In this document: piece by piece, positions 60,377 to 64,000 of the stretch
Layout: every line of letters begins with the position of its first letter
How positions within the stretch are numbered: the first letter of the stretch is position 1
Origin: Candidatus Sericytochromatia bacterium
GTDB lineage: Bacteria > Cyanobacteriota > Sericytochromatia > S15B-MN24 > JAQBPE01
Reading direction: 5' to 3'
DNA length: 64,000 nt
Assembly (NCBI GenBank): GCA_040400605.1
Contig: JBBAPZ010000007.1
Location: 19,485 to 83,484 of the forward strand
Notes under the pieces: generated by a model
What the model saw: only the letters and a program-made list of their open reading frames with translations
Told to the model about the DNA's origin: nothing
The model's database searches: none
Made by a program: the position numbers and the translations under genes

Positions 60377-62965
60377 TCACGGGTGAGTGCGCGCCAGATA
60401 AACCGGGCGTTGACTCATTTCGTCTTTCGCCCGCTGCAGCGCTTGCCGAACATCCTGCCACAAAACCCGGCTCACACAAGCAGTTCCCGCTTGACTCGTC
60501 ACCCCGATGCATATGCGCAACCCGGTTGACTCACCTTGTTCCACACCGTCAGACAAGGTTGCCAAAGCGCGACGCAGACTTTCCGCGTGCACCATAACAT
60601 CACCCGCTGACACCAAGGGAAGCAAGATGACAAAATCGTCAGCCCCCGATCGCGCAGCGATCGCACCAGCGGGGAGCCACTCAACAATCACCTGCGCCAT
60701 CCGGCGCAACACCGCATCTCCCCAATCAAATCCATAGCGCGCATTAAGTTCGTCAAATCCGTTGATGTCAATCAAAATTACGCCGCAGGAATGCCCTTGG
60801 ATCGACGCCTGTTCAACGGCCGCATGCAAAGCTTTCGCGAACGCGCGCTCCGAATTGAGACCGGTCAAGGCATCCTTTTGGGCGTCGCCGTCACCGTCGG
60901 AGGCACGCCTCAACCCGTCCAGGCCTCGGGCCACCATGGCTGCACCCAATTCGAGCACCGCCTGGTCACCAGCATTGAATCGACCACCGGCACCGCGGTA
61001 CACGGTCAAAACACCCTGCACGCGATCAGCAGCGATGAGCGGCAACGCGATCGCCACACCAAAACCGGCTTCGCTTACCCAGGGGCCGGGGCGAAATCTC
61101 GAATCATTCATTAAGTCCGACGAACCAACCGCTACCCGTTCCCTCAGTGCAAGCCGTTCCAGGCCGCGATCGCAATCGCCGATATCGACGCCCCGCCACA
61201 AAAAGCCGTAGACATCGACGCAGACCAAATCAGCGCCATCGCGCACACACCACAGTGCGCCGCCAGCCAATTCACAGTGACTGCTCAACACCTGCCAAAC
61301 CGTGTCGTAAAAATCTCGCTCATCAGCCGCTTCCAATGATGCATGCAACAGTCCCAACAAACGTGGCACGTAGGTTTCAAGCACCCAAGACCCATTGGGG
61401 TCCCTTGTCACCTCGCGCGAGACAACAACATCCTTGGGTTCCCCTGGTGATAATTGCCCCCAAAGGTCATGCATGACCCGAATGATCGCCGGATCAAACT
61501 GTGTTCCAGATGCGTCGAGCAACTCAGCCATCGCCCCGGCACCATCCAATTGCATCCGATAAGCACGCGACTCCGTCATCGCCACAAACGCATCAGCCGC
61601 CGCGATGATCCGGGCCGCCAACGGAATGTCTTCACCACGCAGACCATCAGGATAGCCCAAGCCATCCCAACGTTCGTGGTGATGGCGAATCGCTGGCACC
61701 AACTTCGTCAAGGACTTGAATGTCCCGATGAAATCAGCACCGAGTTCCGCATGACGTTTCACGATCGCCCAGTCCTCAGGCCAATAGGGTCCCGGGCGAT
61801 GACGAATGGCGTCCGGCAAAAATACCTCGCCCCAATCATGAAGACTGGCAGCCCATTCAAGCAAGTCAAGTTCAGCTTGGGGCAACCCCAGCGCGCCCCC
61901 CACTTGTCTGGCCCACTGCGCGACAGCTGTCGACGTTTGACTACGCGCTTCATCCCGCATCCGCTGAACAGCCATCAGGCCTTCAACCAACTCGGCAACC
62001 GTTTCGCCCGATCGCCCCTCCATCTGTACCAGACGAAGCGAAACGGCCAACTGTGAAGCCACGGTTGCAACCCAATCGTCCTCCACACTCTGCCAAGGCC
62101 GATCATCCAGACGATTCGCCAGACACAACACCCCCAACACCCGACCACCGTGCTGCAACGGATGCGCCACAAGTTGCGAAAACCCAAGGCTTTCAAGCGT
62201 CTGGCGGCGTCGGATGGTGACTTCGAGATCCTCAATGCCCTGATACGTGCTCGCCGGCGCGCCAGTCAAAAAAACCTGGGCAATCAAACCATTTTCCGCA
62301 AGCGGGAAAGCCATCCCATTCAAGGCCCTCTCAAGAATTCGCGGTGCAACCGCAGCCTGAATCGTCAAAACGTCAGGTTTTTGCTCATCCGGCAACAAAA
62401 TGGCACAAAACTCGCAATGTAAAAGCCGGGCAGTGGCTTGAACCGCCGCTTGCCACTGCTCGGCAGGAACACTGGTCAGTTCGAATGACTCCGACAACCG
62501 ACGAACCGCCCGCAATTCGTCTTTCAAGTGTTGATACCCCGCCAGCAAGCCCCGACACGCATCAGTCGCTTCGTGGATCAACGCGTCAAAAAATTCCGCC
62601 AAACACTCGCTCAGTGCCACCCAGTCCGGCCCGGATAAACCCTGTTTCCACAAGGTCTGACGAAAGTTTCGTTCCAACTGGGTCAAACAAATCAACACGG
62701 TCTCAAGACTGAAGTCAGTTCTCAATCGCAGCAAAAAACGCTGCAAAATCGGGGCCACCGCTACCGACTCAGCATCAAGCCACGCATTGAGCGCCTGTAG
62801 ACACATCGAGGGCAAACGCTCAAGCATCATTTGATCGATGTGCAAACGTTCCGACAAAGTCAAACATTGACGGGTCCACGACGCGTCAGGCCCACCCGCC
62901 GACAAAACACCATTCACATCGAAAAACGGCCTGAGCTTGTGCGTTAAACCCACTTGTCCCATCAA
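60377..62965 (-). CDS. Signalling protein: helical N-terminus - GAF - HD-GYP - GAF - degenerate GGDEF
   Basis: LHDWG, HHERWDGLGYPDGL, DALTGL, IDINGF..N..YG, RSGADDF. Confidence 0.88.
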   Translation of the reverse strand: MMGQVGLTHKLRPFFDVNGVLSAGGPDASWTRQCLTLSERLHIDQMMLERLPSMCLQALNAWLDAESVAVAPILQRFLLRLRTDFSLETVLICLTQLERNFRQTLWKQGLSGPDWVALSECLAEFFDALIHEATDACRGLLAGYQHLKDELRAVRRLSESFELTSVPAEQWQAAVQATARLLHCEFCAILLPDEQKPDVLTIQAAVAPRILERALNGMAFPLAENGLIAQVFLTGAPASTYQGIEDLEVTIRRRQTLESLGFSQLVAHPLQHGGRVLGVLCLANRLDDRPWQSVEDDWVATVASQLAVSLRLVQMEGRSGETVAELVEGLMAVQRMRDEARSQTSTAVAQWARQVGGALGLPQAELDLLEWAASLHDWGEVFLPDAIRHRPGPYWPEDWAIVKRHAELGADFIGTFKSLTKLVPAIRHHHERWDGLGYPDGLRGEDIPLAARIIAAADAFVAMTESRAYRMQLDGAGAMAELLDASGTQFDPAIIRVMHDLWGQLSPGEPKDVVVSREVTRDPNGSWVLETYVPRLLGLLHASLEAADERDFYDTVWQVLSSHCELAGGALWCVRDGADLVCVDVYGFLWRGVDIGDCDRGLERLALRERVAVGSSDLMNDSRFRPGPWVSEAGFGVAIALPLIAADRVQGVLTVYRGAGGRFNAGDQAVLELGAAMVARGLDGLRRASDGDGDAQKDALTGLNSERAFAKALHAAVEQASIQGHSCGVILIDINGFDELNARYGFDWGDAVLRRMAQVIVEWLPAGAIAARSGADDFVILLPLVSAGDVMVHAESLRRALATLSDGVEQGESTGLRICIGVTSQAGTACVSRVLWQDVRQALQRAKDEMSQRPVYLARTHP

Positions 62966-63638
62966 TTGTTACAACCACACTCGCACCGACAACGCCAAAA
63001 CCGTTCCCAAGACACTCACGACTATGCGTTCGATTTTACCAGATTGCATTGCACCGCGTTCGTAGCCACCGATGCCCATCAACCTTGGCTCAAAGCGAAC
63101 GCCTCCAAACTCCGGCAGGTCACGGTGAAATTTCCGACCCAATCACAAGATTGACTGTTTGTTCGTTAAACATTCGTTGTGACCATGCCGCCTGCAATAC
63201 CCGAAATCGGTCTGCTTAACCCTGGCGTCTTGTTCTGATGGTCAGCGTCCGATCGGTGAAATTGATGGTTGGATTTTCCACCTGCCAGGTTTCAAATCGC
63301 AAAAAAATGGGTATGCTGGTCACAGATGAACATGAAAAAAGCCTGGCAGGCAGGCTTGTGTATCCAAAGGCTATCAGACATCGCTCCATAGCCGGCGAAC
63401 CAGATTTCAAACTTTTATGAAATGGTTCGTTTGGTGTGTCAACCCATCGAATGCAACGGCGCATTCGATGTGGATTCCGGATCCAACGAGGGGTAGCTGC
63501 GCGAAGCGCTCCAAATGGGTCCCATCGGGTAAGGCGCGCCTCTGTATCGGCCTTGGCTGCATCGAACACCGTGCACGGCTCGTTTGATGTGACGCGTCGA
63601 CAGTGGCGAAAACGATTGGCGGAGTTGAGGGCACGGTG

Positions 63639-63920
63639 ATGAACATGCATTTCACGGGTCGGGTCATCTTGATTTGCCCAGATTGTGAAACCCATCTGGT
63701 CAATGTGGCATCTTGTGGGGAGCGTTACCATTGCACGGACTGCGAACTGACACTCATTCGCCAAAATGAAGGGTTTGGCCTGCATCGCTTTGGGGAAGTG
63801 ATTGGCACGTGTACGTTGGAGCAGATTCTGATGCAGGTACATTGGCAACCGGCGGCTTGGATGCCGGCACACGCGAACTCAAGGCGCACGTTGGTGGCAG
63901 CCGTCACCTGTTCCGAATGA
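63639..63920 (+). CDS. Small hypothetical protein with two CxxC motifs (possible Zn ribbon)
   Basis: CPDC..CTDC; GAGGG RBS upstream. Confidence 0.55.
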   Translation: MNMHFTGRVILICPDCETHLVNVASCGERYHCTDCELTLIRQNEGFGLHRFGEVIGTCTLEQILMQVHWQPAAWMPAHANSRRTLVAAVTCSE

Positions 63921-64000
63921 TCCGGGCATGTAACAATTGAAACCGTTTTGGGGTATGGAGACGGCGTTGTTGTCTGAGTTGTTCAGGCCGTTCGATTCTG

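Noticed and set aside
1..64000. CRISPR array, rRNA genes, prophage or integrase
   Set aside because: No regularly spaced repeats, rRNA signatures or phage/integrase ORFs were seen.

Overview
Bacterial chromosome segment, GC-rich by eye. 1-13.8 kb: a translationally coupled operon with the 3' part of a PfaA-type PUFA synthase (KR-DH; it starts before the window), a PfaBC fusion (KS-CLF-AT-DH-DH), and a complete oleA-oleB-oleC-oleD head-to-head olefin pathway. This is the standout system, a probable one-operon route to very long polyunsaturated hydrocarbons. 14-22.6 kb: yceD-rpmF, then an accessory patch with a hypothetical gene behind a five-unit 11-bp-period operator, an internally deleted IS66 relic, a very GC-rich catalase-like gene, an AAA/PD-(D/E)XK gene with a broken tandem paralog, acpP, and a polyproline peptidoglycan hydrolase. 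22.7-39.6 kb: housekeeping genes (thyX, pseudouridine synthase, rnc, rpe, speB, cyclophilin, tRNA-Leu, ftsY, nusB, accB, efp, ROK kinase, DHH-CBS tRNA nucleotidyltransferase) plus a stand-alone FlhA cytoplasmic-domain protein. 39.7-58 kb: minus-strand rnpB-rsmH-ftsL-ftsI-murF-mraY-murD-ftsW-murG-murC-murB-ftsQ-DUF881-sbp-ftsZ-ileS. 58-64 kb: TPR protein, sugar ABC permease, GAF/HD-GYP/degenerate GGDEF protein and a small Cys-rich ORF. Gene styles tentatively suggest a non-photosynthetic relative of Cyanobacteria; this is inference only. All calls come from motif recognition by eye, no searches were run, and several start codons are estimates.
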